Virus record (IMG/VR): IMGVR_UViG_2974511964_000001
Coordinates: 1-64,000 of that record
DNA from: a virus
Taxonomy: Duplodnaviria; Caudoviricetes
Direction: 5' to 3' (one strand)
Length of the DNA: 64,000 nt
Part shown: in pieces, positions 27,699-37,463 of the stretch
How positions within the stretch are numbered: the stretch's first letter is position 1
How the letters are laid out: each line of letters starts with the position of its first letter
Made by a program: the position numbers and the translations under genes
The notes under the pieces: generated by a model
Databases searched by the model: none
What the model was told of the DNA's origin: nothing
What the model saw: the letters and a program-made list of their open reading frames with translations, nothing else

Positions 27699-29981
27699 AT
27701 GAAAAGTGCAAACATTGGTAATATGGCTGTAGGTACGGCACAGATAGCCAATGGTGCAATTACCAATGCTCAAATCGGTTCATTAGCTGTTGACACTGCC
27801 AATATTAAAGACGCCGCTATTAATAGTGCTAAGATTGCTAACCTAGCCGTAGGCACCGCCCAAATAGGTGACGGTGCTATCACTAATGCCAAGATAGGTA
27901 AATTAGCTGTAGGCACTGCTCAAATAGCCAATGGTGCTATCACAGATGCTCAGATTGGTTCATTAGCTGTAGGAACAGCTCAGATTAAAGATGAAGCTGT
28001 CAATAGTGCTAAAATTGCTAAGCTAGCTGTAGGAACGGCACAAATAGGCGATGGTGCTATCACTAATGCTAAGATTGGTAATCTTGCTGTAGGCACAGCC
28101 CAGATAGCCAATGCAGCTATCACTGACGCTCAAATTGGTGATGTTAGCGCCAATAAATTAACAGCTGGCACGATTGACTTTCATACGATTACTGGTAAAA
28201 ATATTAACGCATCAAACATTACAACAGGAAAACTCAGCACTGAACGGTTAAATGTCGACAAACTATCAGCTGTAAGTGCCAATTTAGGTGACGTTACAAC
28301 CGGCTCACTTAAAGGTGTTGACATTGTTGCTAAAACGTTTAGTACGCCTAATGGCTCATTTACAACCGATGAAAACGGTAGCGTGGTTGCTAGCAATTTA
28401 ACAATTAGGGGCGTTACAAATTTAGTTTATAATGCGGCATTGCTAGGTGGAGTTGGTGGTAGCAACTCTAGTATCCCCGGTTGGACAATGGGTACAATGG
28501 GATACTTCTCAAACTTTACGTTGCATGACGGTGTCCCTTCAATTGGATTTAATGGCAATACAGGTGCTTCCACTTGGCAACAACTTGCACAGTCTAAGCT
28601 TTATCCTTTAAACGGACTAACAGGTCAGCCTTATAGTGCCTCGGTATGGTTTATTGACGCTGGTAGTGATACTACGATGACATATAATTTTACCCTAGCG
28701 TTCTTTGATTCAAGTGGCAATAGGTTACCATCTGGGAATTATACCGGCGTTTCAGTATCTGGAACAGGAAGTGCTCAACCATGGAAACAATTGACTATTA
28801 ATGGGTTTAATTCACCAAGCACAGCTGTCTATGTTGGCCTACAATATTGGGCATACAATGGCACTGGTCATGCTCTGTTTAGCTCACCTATGCTAACACA
28901 AACTGCTCAAGCAACTGGTTACCAGCCAGATGTAGGTAATATTATTAATGCCGGAGAAATTAATGGTACCATTATTAATGGTTCAACATTCCATGGTGGT
29001 AGCATTATTAGCAATTCCAATAACACCGCTCACTATTACCCAATGACTATTACGCCAGACGGAATGTATAACTCGACATACTTTGATAATGCGGTTGGAA
29101 TGCAATCAAGCGTTGAGTCTGGGGGAATTAGCTATAAATATCGCTCAATGATTGCCGATGGTAGTGGGCAATATTTATCTTATGATTCAGTAGTTAACGG
29201 TCAAGGATTTCAGTCACAATCAGGTTATACGTCAGCTAAAGATACAACTTTTTCAAACTCTGAAACAATCTCGGGATATGTTAACGTAACGCCATCCTCA
29301 GGAATCTATCTATATGGGCCAACGCAACAAATAAACTTTGCTGGTAGGCGTGATAATATTGGTAGTAACGGGATTACTATGGATGCTTATGGCAACGTAT
29401 ATTCACAAGATAATTCAGCTTGGTGGCGGATTGGTTTAAATAATGGTTCAAAAATTGTAGACTTTGGGATTGACAAGGCTGGCCAAAATCAAATTTATTT
29501 TTACCGTGATATAAATATGGGTAATATTAGTATTAATAGGGCTCATTCTATTACCACGAAAGATGGTCAAGCGCTATATATCAACTCAGGTAGCGGTGGA
29601 AGAGCCGACTTAAATGTGGCTAGTCTAACCTACACTGGGTCCGTGTCTAAATCACTATTATCTGAGAAGAAGGACGTTAAAAAGGTTGATACTTCCTATT
29701 GGGCACAGCTAGTTAATTCAATCGACCTAGCAACCTACCAGTATAAAGATGATGATAATATCAGCAACCTTAGACTATCAGGGATTGTTGATGATGTTAA
29801 CGAGGACAAACAATGGAATCTACCAGACATCTTTGTTGCTCGTGACGAGGATGGAAAACTAGCCGGTATTGAGAATATTGTACTTCAAAATGCCATGTTA
29901 GCAACTATACAGGAACAACAAAAGGAAATTGATAAGCTAAACGGACATTTATTAGAATTGGAGGCAAAATTAAATGGATAA
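27699..29981 (+). CDS. Tail fibre/receptor-binding protein, C-terminal part with intramolecular chaperone (peptidase S74-like)
   Basis: Frame open from 27618, no RBS before ATG 27699; ~20-aa IGxLAVGTAQIxxGAITxAx repeats; carbohydrate-binding-like domain; SLLSEKKDV..ATYQYK..coiled-coil C-terminus. Confidence 0.78.
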   Translation: MKSANIGNMAVGTAQIANGAITNAQIGSLAVDTANIKDAAINSAKIANLAVGTAQIGDGAITNAKIGKLAVGTAQIANGAITDAQIGSLAVGTAQIKDEAVNSAKIAKLAVGTAQIGDGAITNAKIGNLAVGTAQIANAAITDAQIGDVSANKLTAGTIDFHTITGKNINASNITTGKLSTERLNVDKLSAVSANLGDVTTGSLKGVDIVAKTFSTPNGSFTTDENGSVVASNLTIRGVTNLVYNAALLGGVGGSNSSIPGWTMGTMGYFSNFTLHDGVPSIGFNGNTGASTWQQLAQSKLYPLNGLTGQPYSASVWFIDAGSDTTMTYNFTLAFFDSSGNRLPSGNYTGVSVSGTGSAQPWKQLTINGFNSPSTAVYVGLQYWAYNGTGHALFSSPMLTQTAQATGYQPDVGNIINAGEINGTIINGSTFHGGSIISNSNNTAHYYPMTITPDGMYNSTYFDNAVGMQSSVESGGISYKYRSMIADGSGQYLSYDSVVNGQGFQSQSGYTSAKDTTFSNSETISGYVNVTPSSGIYLYGPTQQINFAGRRDNIGSNGITMDAYGNVYSQDNSAWWRIGLNNGSKIVDFGIDKAGQNQIYFYRDINMGNISINRAHSITTKDGQALYINSGSGGRADLNVASLTYTGSVSKSLLSEKKDVKKVDTSYWAQLVNSIDLATYQYKDDDNISNLRLSGIVDDVNEDKQWNLPDIFVARDEDGKLAGIENIVLQNAMLATIQEQQKEIDKLNGHLLELEAKLNG

Positions 29982-30285
29982 TATCTTAATTACGAACTAT
30001 AAACCAGATTACACGAACAACATTATGACAATCAGCATTCAAATTAATAGTCTAGGTATCAGTTCACAGGTCAGCATTACTATGGATGAATTTAACAAAG
30101 CCATTTCAGGTAATGCTGGAGGTGTAGATAGGGTTAAGGTAAAGGTGTTAAACACGCTGATTGATGGTCTGAAGGCTTTAAGGCCAGACAGTACAACCAC
30201 CACAACAGAATTATCCAAAGGGACTCTTTCTATAGATTCTGTTAAAACTACAGACAATAGTGTTACAATTAATGCTGAAGCATAA
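29974..30285 (+). CDS. Small tail-fibre-associated hypothetical protein
   Basis: GGAGG RBS, overlaps the fibre stop. Confidence 0.65.
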   Translation: MDNILITNYKPDYTNNIMTISIQINSLGISSQVSITMDEFNKAISGNAGGVDRVKVKVLNTLIDGLKALRPDSTTTTTELSKGTLSIDSVKTTDNSVTINAEA

Positions 30286-30304
30286 ACTAGAGGAGTGTAA
30301 ATAT

Positions 30305-30730
30305 ATGAAATTTAAGATTAGAAATAAATATTTAAAAGAATCAATCCAATTGTTAAATGATGCGCCACTATCAGGAATGCAATCTATTGCTCGTACACGA
30401 ATGATTAAGGTATTAGAGAAGCCACTAAAAGATTATTCAGAGGCTACTAATGAGCTTGTTGAGTCTGTTGTTGAACGTGATAGTGATGGTAAACCTGTCA
30501 ATAGTGGTCAAGGGCTAAAGATTCAGCAAGGTAAAGAAAAAGAATACCTCGACACAACCAAAGAATTAGATGAACAATATGCAGAGATTGATGAAGCCAC
30601 CTATAGTGGTCATGAAAGCGATGTAAAGAATATTCTTAAGAATTACTCTACGCAACTGTCTGGAAATCGTGCTGATGCTTATATGGCTCTGTGTGAGGCA
30701 TTAAATGTATTTGATATTAAAGAAGAATAG
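30305..30730 (+). CDS. DUF1617-like protein
   Basis: ATG 30305 after AGGAG; LSGMQSIARTR and LSGNRADAY motifs recalled for this family. Confidence 0.6.
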   Translation: MKFKIRNKYLKESIQLLNDAPLSGMQSIARTRMIKVLEKPLKDYSEATNELVESVVERDSDGKPVNSGQGLKIQQGKEKEYLDTTKELDEQYAEIDEATYSGHESDVKNILKNYSTQLSGNRADAYMALCEALNVFDIKEE

Positions 30731-30742
30731 TGAGGTGATTAA

Positions 30743-31393
30743 ATGGCAATGTCAGACGGCTCTAACAACCTAACTAGAGTTGCTTTTGAGATTAAGAATA
30801 CCGCTGGTGGTGGTACTAATGAGTATCTAAAATTTGCCATTAATCCCCAGAGTATTCAAAAGAACATTACCTCTCGTACCTTTCTACAGAATACTAGAAC
30901 AGCGAACACAGTCCAGAATTTTGGTGAAGGTGTGGTAACCTACACCATCTCTGGAACAACCGGATGGGGCCGTGGAGCTGGCTTTAAAAGAATGAAGGCT
31001 TTAGAAAAGTTCTTTGACAAGTATATGAGTCTTAACTCTGATAATATTGGTAATGATTACCAATTAATATTTCACGATTTTACATCTGAATACCACTATC
31101 AGGTAGAGTTTCAACCAAATGGGCTATCAATTAACCAAGATGTATCACAACCTTTGCTTTATAACTATAGCTTAGCGTTCTATGTTGTTAATGATGCTAC
31201 TAAGGCGACATCAAGTGAAATATCAGAATTGACACTAGGTAACAAGAAGCCTTCTGGCTCATCTGGTACCGTTTCTGGTAATGGTAGTTCAACAAAGAAT
31301 GCAAGTTATGTAAACCCCAAGACATCTTCTAGTGCTTCTAGAGTAAGTTCGTCTGAGTTAAACAAGCTGTATGGTAAGCCCATTAGTAGCTAG
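30743..31393 (+). CDS. Baseplate/tail-tube initiator-like structural protein
   Basis: KFAINPQS, TISGTTG, FHDFT, PLLYNYSL motifs; synteny. Confidence 0.75.
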   Translation: MAMSDGSNNLTRVAFEIKNTAGGGTNEYLKFAINPQSIQKNITSRTFLQNTRTANTVQNFGEGVVTYTISGTTGWGRGAGFKRMKALEKFFDKYMSLNSDNIGNDYQLIFHDFTSEYHYQVEFQPNGLSINQDVSQPLLYNYSLAFYVVNDATKATSSEISELTLGNKKPSGSSGTVSGNGSSTKNASYVNPKTSSSASRVSSSELNKLYGKPISS

Positions 31394-31402
31394 GAAGGGG
31401 GA

Positions 31403-31936
31403 GTGAAAATGAATGTAAGCATTGTTGTTTACATGTTTATAGGCTCAATTAAAATTGGGAGTAGTCACAAGATAAACATTAGTGATGAAGAGATTAAGAA
31501 AGATTTTTCTAGCAGCCCTCCTATCTACACAGTATCAATAGGTGCTGTAAACTTTCAAAAACTTGTTGCAACTAATGCCGATGTTAACTTTAATTTTGAC
31601 TATGACACTAGCCCACTGATATATGATATTGTCATGAATACAGATTTAGAGTCAAATCATAAAGCTGTGTATAAGGCACTAGAGATGACTTGTCTAGAAT
31701 CAATGACTATTCAATATGCTTTAAACAGTGATGAGACTTATCTAAAGGATATTTATATAGATGACCTTAATCGTGTTCGTAGAAACTTAAGAATATTAGC
31801 TGACTGGTTAGGCGGCTATGATAGCTACCAATTCTTAGTTGAGTTTTTGAGAGACAATGAAATTGCTCTAGGGTATGCTCAGAACAAGATTGATATCCAA
31901 TTAAATGGAATAACATTAAGAGAAGACACTAAATAG
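31403..31936 (+). CDS. Baseplate-region structural protein
   Basis: Synteny; strong RBS. Confidence 0.6.
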   Translation: MKMNVSIVVYMFIGSIKIGSSHKINISDEEIKKDFSSSPPIYTVSIGAVNFQKLVATNADVNFNFDYDTSPLIYDIVMNTDLESNHKAVYKALEMTCLESMTIQYALNSDETYLKDIYIDDLNRVRRNLRILADWLGGYDSYQFLVEFLRDNEIALGYAQNKIDIQLNGITLREDTK

Positions 31937-31946
31937 TGTCTTTTTT
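31923..31946 (+). terminator. Intrinsic terminator
   Basis: AAGACACTA/TAGTGTCTT plus T-run, followed by TTATATTA at 31962-31969. Confidence 0.7.
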
Positions 31947-32000
31947 AATAGCCTTATATCTTTATATTAAGTGATGAGGAAGAATGGTGGTGTTTAAATA

Positions 32001-32696
32001 ATGGCAACATTTTATAAACAATATGTAATTAAGAAAGATGATACGGTTCAAAGTATTGCATTCTCACAGTTGGGTAGCACAGACTATTGGACTGATTTAG
32101 TTGAACAGAACAATCTAGTATATCCCTATATTGTTGCTACAAATGCTGATAGAATGAAAGACCCTGAACATTTACTAAGCTATGGTGACAGAATGTTCTT
32201 ACCAGTATCGAATAGTTTAGCAGACCTTAATCTATCAAGTGTTAATACTTATAATCAAAACCAGATTTATGATGTGGCTATGGGTATGGACTTGGGTTTA
32301 GATATTGATGCTACCAATGGTTATGATGAATCAATTGCCAAGCTAACAAGTGATGGTCAAGACTTAACAGTAGTTTCTGGGGTTAACAATTTAAAGCAAT
32401 CAATTGCACTAAGGCTTCTAACTAGACGTGGAACATTGCTTAACCACCCAAACTATGGTACTGATTTAATGAATTATATTGGTGAAAACATTACAAATGA
32501 AACATTACAGTTATTAAAAGTAGAAATAAAGAGAACTGTATCAACAGATGAACGTGTCAGTTCTGTAGATATCAACAAAGCTTATTTAGATGGTCCAAAA
32601 GCACTTATTGTAGTTGAAATTACCCCAATAAGCGGTGGGGAAGCCTTTAAATTATTTGTTGAGCGGTCTGAAAATGGTACAGTTAAGATTAGATAG
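32001..32696 (+). CDS. Baseplate wedge protein (LysM-like + gp25/GPW)
   Basis: YVIKKDDTVQSIA; NLKQSIALRLLTRRGTLLNHPNYG; DERV. Confidence 0.88.
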   Translation: MATFYKQYVIKKDDTVQSIAFSQLGSTDYWTDLVEQNNLVYPYIVATNADRMKDPEHLLSYGDRMFLPVSNSLADLNLSSVNTYNQNQIYDVAMGMDLGLDIDATNGYDESIAKLTSDGQDLTVVSGVNNLKQSIALRLLTRRGTLLNHPNYGTDLMNYIGENITNETLQLLKVEIKRTVSTDERVSSVDINKAYLDGPKALIVVEITPISGGEAFKLFVERSENGTVKIR

Positions 32697-32710
32697 AAGG
32701 AAGTGATTAT

Positions 32711-34096
32711 TTGGCTGATTCACTCAGATACAAAAAGGCATCAGAAGTGTTATCAACGATGACTGATTATGTATTAACACACACAAACAAGGTAAACGAC
32801 TTTACAGAGGGTAGTGCTATTGAGACCCTACTTGAAGCTAGTTCACTTGAAACAGAAATGCTATATTATTTAACTTTACAAAACATTAAGGCTGGTATCC
32901 AAGACGGTACTATGCAGGCGTTTGGATTCACTAGAAAACAAGCTACCTATGCATATGGCACAGTAAGGCTTACCTTTACTTCTGAGCTTACTACAAGTTT
33001 GTATATACCCAAAGGAACCCAATTCACCTGTAGTGATAACAATTACTCACAAGTATATCAAACACTAGATGAATATCAAATACCATCAGGTACTAATTAT
33101 GTAGATATTCCTGTATATTGCACTACTATGGGCGCATATGGCAATGTTCCGGCTAATACCATAGACACCACAACTGACATAACCTACTTAGACACAGTTA
33201 CAAATATAGAAGCATTCCAGACTGGAACAGACGAAGAAACCGTTCCCGATATGATTGTCAGATTTAGACAGATGATTCAGGCGCTACAAAGAGGAACTGT
33301 TCAAGCTCTTCAATATGGTGCAAAGAGTGTCGAAGGAATTGCTGGTGCCTATATATTTGAAAGTACCTATGGCTCTGTAGTTGTATACTGTCATGATGCT
33401 AATGGTGATTTGTCAAATGATTTGCAAACCGCAGTAACCAATGAATTGTATTACTGGAAAGCTGCCGGAATTAGAGTATCCGTGCAACCTGTTCATAAAA
33501 CAACTGTTGATTTAACTATCGGAATTAATGTTCCTGATACTACTCTACACACAGATGATTTTCTATCTGCTGTAAAGTTGAGAATGGAAAATTACTTAAA
33601 TTCATATACTGTTGGTCAACCAGTATATACCAGTGACCTAATTCAAAATGTAATGGATATTTCTGATTGGGGCATTGTTGATACTGAGATAGAAGCACAG
33701 GCAAACATTGATGATACCCTTAGTGGTAAAACAGCTGTTGATGAAGATTCGTACATTAACATAAATGGTATGGATGTTAAGTCACAAGACTTACAGCCTA
33801 TTGACATATCTAAGGACAACACCTATGGCATTATCACACTTAATAAAAACACTAAGACAAATAATAACAATTCAGTATCATATGCTGATGCTGTTACTGA
33901 TACTGATGCGGATACTGGTGAACAAACGGTAGAACCAATTCAGATTGAATCTAAATACAATACGGCTGGCAATGAATTAGTCAAAGCCGGAACTATAACT
34001 GTTTACTTTGTAGACAACGAAGATGCTTCAAATGTTGATTTTGGTAATGACGAAACATCTACCGGGGACACCTTCTTAGACATATTTAATAACTAG
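32711..34096 (+). CDS. Baseplate J-like protein
   Basis: DFTEGS, FGFTRK, GNVPANTI, GTDEET, RGT, AAGI motifs. Confidence 0.9.
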   Translation: MADSLRYKKASEVLSTMTDYVLTHTNKVNDFTEGSAIETLLEASSLETEMLYYLTLQNIKAGIQDGTMQAFGFTRKQATYAYGTVRLTFTSELTTSLYIPKGTQFTCSDNNYSQVYQTLDEYQIPSGTNYVDIPVYCTTMGAYGNVPANTIDTTTDITYLDTVTNIEAFQTGTDEETVPDMIVRFRQMIQALQRGTVQALQYGAKSVEGIAGAYIFESTYGSVVVYCHDANGDLSNDLQTAVTNELYYWKAAGIRVSVQPVHKTTVDLTIGINVPDTTLHTDDFLSAVKLRMENYLNSYTVGQPVYTSDLIQNVMDISDWGIVDTEIEAQANIDDTLSGKTAVDEDSYININGMDVKSQDLQPIDISKDNTYGIITLNKNTKTNNNNSVSYADAVTDTDADTGEQTVEPIQIESKYNTAGNELVKAGTITVYFVDNEDASNVDFGNDETSTGDTFLDIFNN

Positions 34097-34112
34097 AAAG
34101 GGGAGAAGCTAA

Positions 34113-36821
34113 GTGTCACTGTTATCATTTTTACACCCGCTATGGAAACGTAGCCTAAATGAATACGATGATAGCGTTAATAGCGCTGTTATTGGTGCAT
34201 TAAACCAATCCCTTTCTAAGTCGGAAGAAGACATGGTGCAATCTAAAGTTGAGAGTTATCTCTCTACGGCTGATGCTAAGTGGTTGGACTACTGGGGGTA
34301 TTGGTTTGGTGAGCGCCGTAAATCTGGTTGGTCTGACGATTATTATCGTAGTCGTATTGTCAATCATGTTGAACATGCTAGAGGAACCGTTGATGCTCTA
34401 AGAGATGCCATTGCAGATTTTATAAATACTAATAAAGACAATATTTATATATACGAGCCTTATCGTGACATGTTCATATGGAACAGCTCAAAATACAATA
34501 CAAACAAATACTTTTCTAGCACTTATTACCGGTATGCTGTTATTGATATTCAGATAAGTGCAAGCTACCCTAAAGAGATTGTATCAATAATCAATTTATT
34601 TAGGCCAGCTGGGGTATTATGGGTTTTGACAGAAACTGTCAATAGTCGTAATTCTGATGCGCCTATAATTGATATTAAGAATCCTAAAGATGCATTTGTA
34701 CCGAAAATTGAAAATGACTTTATGTTTGGTTTAAGGAAACGCACAAGGCTAATTATTAATCCATCAAATGATAAATATGAGTCGGTTACTAATCCGTTTA
34801 CTTATAATAAGAAAGACTCCCTGTTTAACAACCGAAATTCATTATTCATGGGAGCGACTCAGACAAGCAAAAGATATTCTTTTGTCGGACAGCCTCTATT
34901 TGACTATACCCCAACTGCTAATGATACCTTAGAAAGTTCAAGCTATAAGGTTGAACAACTAAGTAACCCTGATATTACTAGTATATCTACTAAGAATGGC
35001 CGAGGGAAAACGTTTGATTTTAACCCAGTTAAAGACAACCTAATTAGTAATGCTAGTGACTATATCAATGGTGTTAAATTAAATAGTAATACAGGTAATC
35101 CTAACCTAGCACTAGGAACTGCTACGCCGTTCACAATGACTGGTAATGGTTCTGAAAATAATGCAGATTACATGTATCACCTATCGAGAAAAATAGCAAA
35201 GGGGACTACTGTTACTGTAGCCTTTGATATTACGACACAAAATCCAACAGGTAAATACACTTTTCAATTTGCAGGAGGTTTATGGCAGGGAGTCTATCCC
35301 GCGTTACCACTGGTGTCTGGAACACACCATCAATCATATACTATTGTGACAGACAATGACTATTCAGATGGTGTTCGACTGCGACTATATAACTCAACGG
35401 AAACAGTGACTGTTTCTAACTTCATTATCTCTGAGTCTCCAACAGAGGTAGCTTGGATTCCTGCTCCGTCAGAGCAAACTACTAGTCAAAGTGGTAGCTT
35501 AGTAATACCTATTGCGAATGTAAATCCAGATGGTGTATATAGTTTTTCTACTGTTTCAATGTCAGATAAGGACTCGTCAAATGCTAGCCTTAATTTAGTA
35601 TTAAAGGATAAATTAGGAAATGATATAACTAGTAATATAACTACTAGCATTTCAAGTGGGAAGAATATATTACGTATCAATCCAAAAACTAGCACTAATT
35701 TTTCTAGCAACGGATATGCTGTCATAAGTTTCAGTGGAATTAGCAATACAGATAACATATCAATAAGTCTACTGTGCTTAAAGTTTTCTAAATCACTGGA
35801 TGTTACTAATCGAAACTTGCTAACCGGTACTGGTTCTCGTACTGTTACAGGTACAGGATTATGGGTATCAGGTTACCTTTCAAATGAAACTACTAATGAT
35901 TTTATATCTCTATTTCATGGATTAGAAGGGGAAACGGTAACGATATCAGTTGACTATGCATATCAAGGGTTTGTTAAAGGAAGCAGTCAAAACAAGATAG
36001 GTTGGGAAGTAGGCATAGTTACAGATAGCACAACCACCTATCAGGGTTGTTGGTATTATGCTGATTCTTCTACTAATAGTTCAGGTTCCGGTAGAATGTC
36101 ACACACATTTGTAGTACCAGAAAATGTAACAAGCATTAGTGGAAGTGCTAAGGGCTGGGTTGAATTTTCTGGTTCTGGGACTGGAACTTTAAGTCATCTT
36201 AAATTGGAAAAAGGAAGTGTAGCTACCCCATGGAGTCCTGCACCAGAAGATAGCATAGAGGGTAATACGGATAACACTAACCCTATAAGTTGGGCACAAT
36301 CTGCTGATGAAGAAACAAATACACCAACAAAATTAGCTGATGTAATTGACTTAAAAGGTTTTATAAATGATAATTATAAAACTTTAGGAACAACCATAAC
36401 AAATAAAGAGCTTAATGACTTATTTGATACTAAGAAACTTCATCTGGTTATTAGGACTGTTAACGCTACATCTGATTCACTGACAATTAGATTCTTTAAT
36501 TTTAATACTAATCTATGGGTAACATATGGTAAATTTGACATTGCCGGTAGTTATACAGATATATTTGTTAAGTTAGACGATATTACACCGTTGATGAATG
36601 CAAAGTCTTTGATGTATGCATCAATAGAATTTTCTAACGATAGAAGCATATCCGTTAACCTAGACTATATTGGTTTATCGTTATCTAATAGTGAAGATGG
36701 ATACAGTGTTAAAATGTTTTCAGACCAGTCTCCATATGGTATTGAATCACAGAGTGTAATGGGGCCATTTACAATTTCTAAATCTTCTGTTTCGAGAGCA
36801 TATATTAGCCCATCAGAATAG
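34113..36821 (+). CDS. Baseplate wedge protein (gpI-like N-terminus) with two inserted carbohydrate-binding-like modules
   Basis: WLDYWGYWFG..RGT..IYEPY..FRPAGV; inserts NLALGT..WIPAP (~35097-35475) and RNLLTGT..KLEKGSVATPWSPAPED (~35811-36251). Confidence 0.8.
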   Translation: MSLLSFLHPLWKRSLNEYDDSVNSAVIGALNQSLSKSEEDMVQSKVESYLSTADAKWLDYWGYWFGERRKSGWSDDYYRSRIVNHVEHARGTVDALRDAIADFINTNKDNIYIYEPYRDMFIWNSSKYNTNKYFSSTYYRYAVIDIQISASYPKEIVSIINLFRPAGVLWVLTETVNSRNSDAPIIDIKNPKDAFVPKIENDFMFGLRKRTRLIINPSNDKYESVTNPFTYNKKDSLFNNRNSLFMGATQTSKRYSFVGQPLFDYTPTANDTLESSSYKVEQLSNPDITSISTKNGRGKTFDFNPVKDNLISNASDYINGVKLNSNTGNPNLALGTATPFTMTGNGSENNADYMYHLSRKIAKGTTVTVAFDITTQNPTGKYTFQFAGGLWQGVYPALPLVSGTHHQSYTIVTDNDYSDGVRLRLYNSTETVTVSNFIISESPTEVAWIPAPSEQTTSQSGSLVIPIANVNPDGVYSFSTVSMSDKDSSNASLNLVLKDKLGNDITSNITTSISSGKNILRINPKTSTNFSSNGYAVISFSGISNTDNISISLLCLKFSKSLDVTNRNLLTGTGSRTVTGTGLWVSGYLSNETTNDFISLFHGLEGETVTISVDYAYQGFVKGSSQNKIGWEVGIVTDSTTTYQGCWYYADSSTNSSGSGRMSHTFVVPENVTSISGSAKGWVEFSGSGTGTLSHLKLEKGSVATPWSPAPEDSIEGNTDNTNPISWAQSADEETNTPTKLADVIDLKGFINDNYKTLGTTITNKELNDLFDTKKLHLVIRTVNATSDSLTIRFFNFNTNLWVTYGKFDIAGSYTDIFVKLDDITPLMNAKSLMYASIEFSNDRSISVNLDYIGLSLSNSEDGYSVKMFSDQSPYGIESQSVMGPFTISKSSVSRAYISPSE

Positions 36822-36916
36822 ACCCTGAGCACGGTAAGATTGAGCACTACCCATTAGCTTAATTTGAAGCTAATTAGATTTATTATATGTTAAAATTATA
36901 TAAGAGGTGATAATTA

Positions 36917-37441
36917 ATGGCAATTGCCACTGAAACGGCTCATATTAGCCAAGCTATTGCATTTTCCAAAAGAACAGATTTATGGCTTGAACTAGCTAAG
37001 AGCTCTAAATGGACTGATGAAACAGAACCAGACGCTGAATCAACTTCAACGACAGCACTAACTGAACCTTTAGTTTATGCTAAAGTAAACCAGATTAATT
37101 TAATTCACAAGAAACCATCTGATGACACAAGCGCTGACCCTTCTGATATTATCATATATGGCGGTCAAAAATGGCTACCAGTAAGTGAATCAGATGCATA
37201 TAAGAATGATGCTAGATTTGTGTTGTTTACTGTAAGCATTGATGTAGGAGCAGTTCCTACCTTCTCATGGCGTCAATCCGGCATTGTGGATGGCGTTGTA
37301 CTAGCAAACGGTACTACTGGATTAATCGCTACTGCTGACAAGGTTACTAGTGTAGGAAACTTATACATGTATGATAACCACGTAGTAAACAATTATACTG
37401 ATGATATGAAGCTAGTAATTAGCTACGTAGCAGAATTTTAA
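36917..37441 (+). CDS. Baseplate structural protein
   Basis: MAIAT..W..E..P motif; synteny. Confidence 0.75.
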   Translation: MAIATETAHISQAIAFSKRTDLWLELAKSSKWTDETEPDAESTSTTALTEPLVYAKVNQINLIHKKPSDDTSADPSDIIIYGGQKWLPVSESDAYKNDARFVLFTVSIDVGAVPTFSWRQSGIVDGVVLANGTTGLIATADKVTSVGNLYMYDNHVVNNYTDDMKLVISYVAEF

Positions 37442-37463
37442 AAATAGGATGGTGAAATAATTA

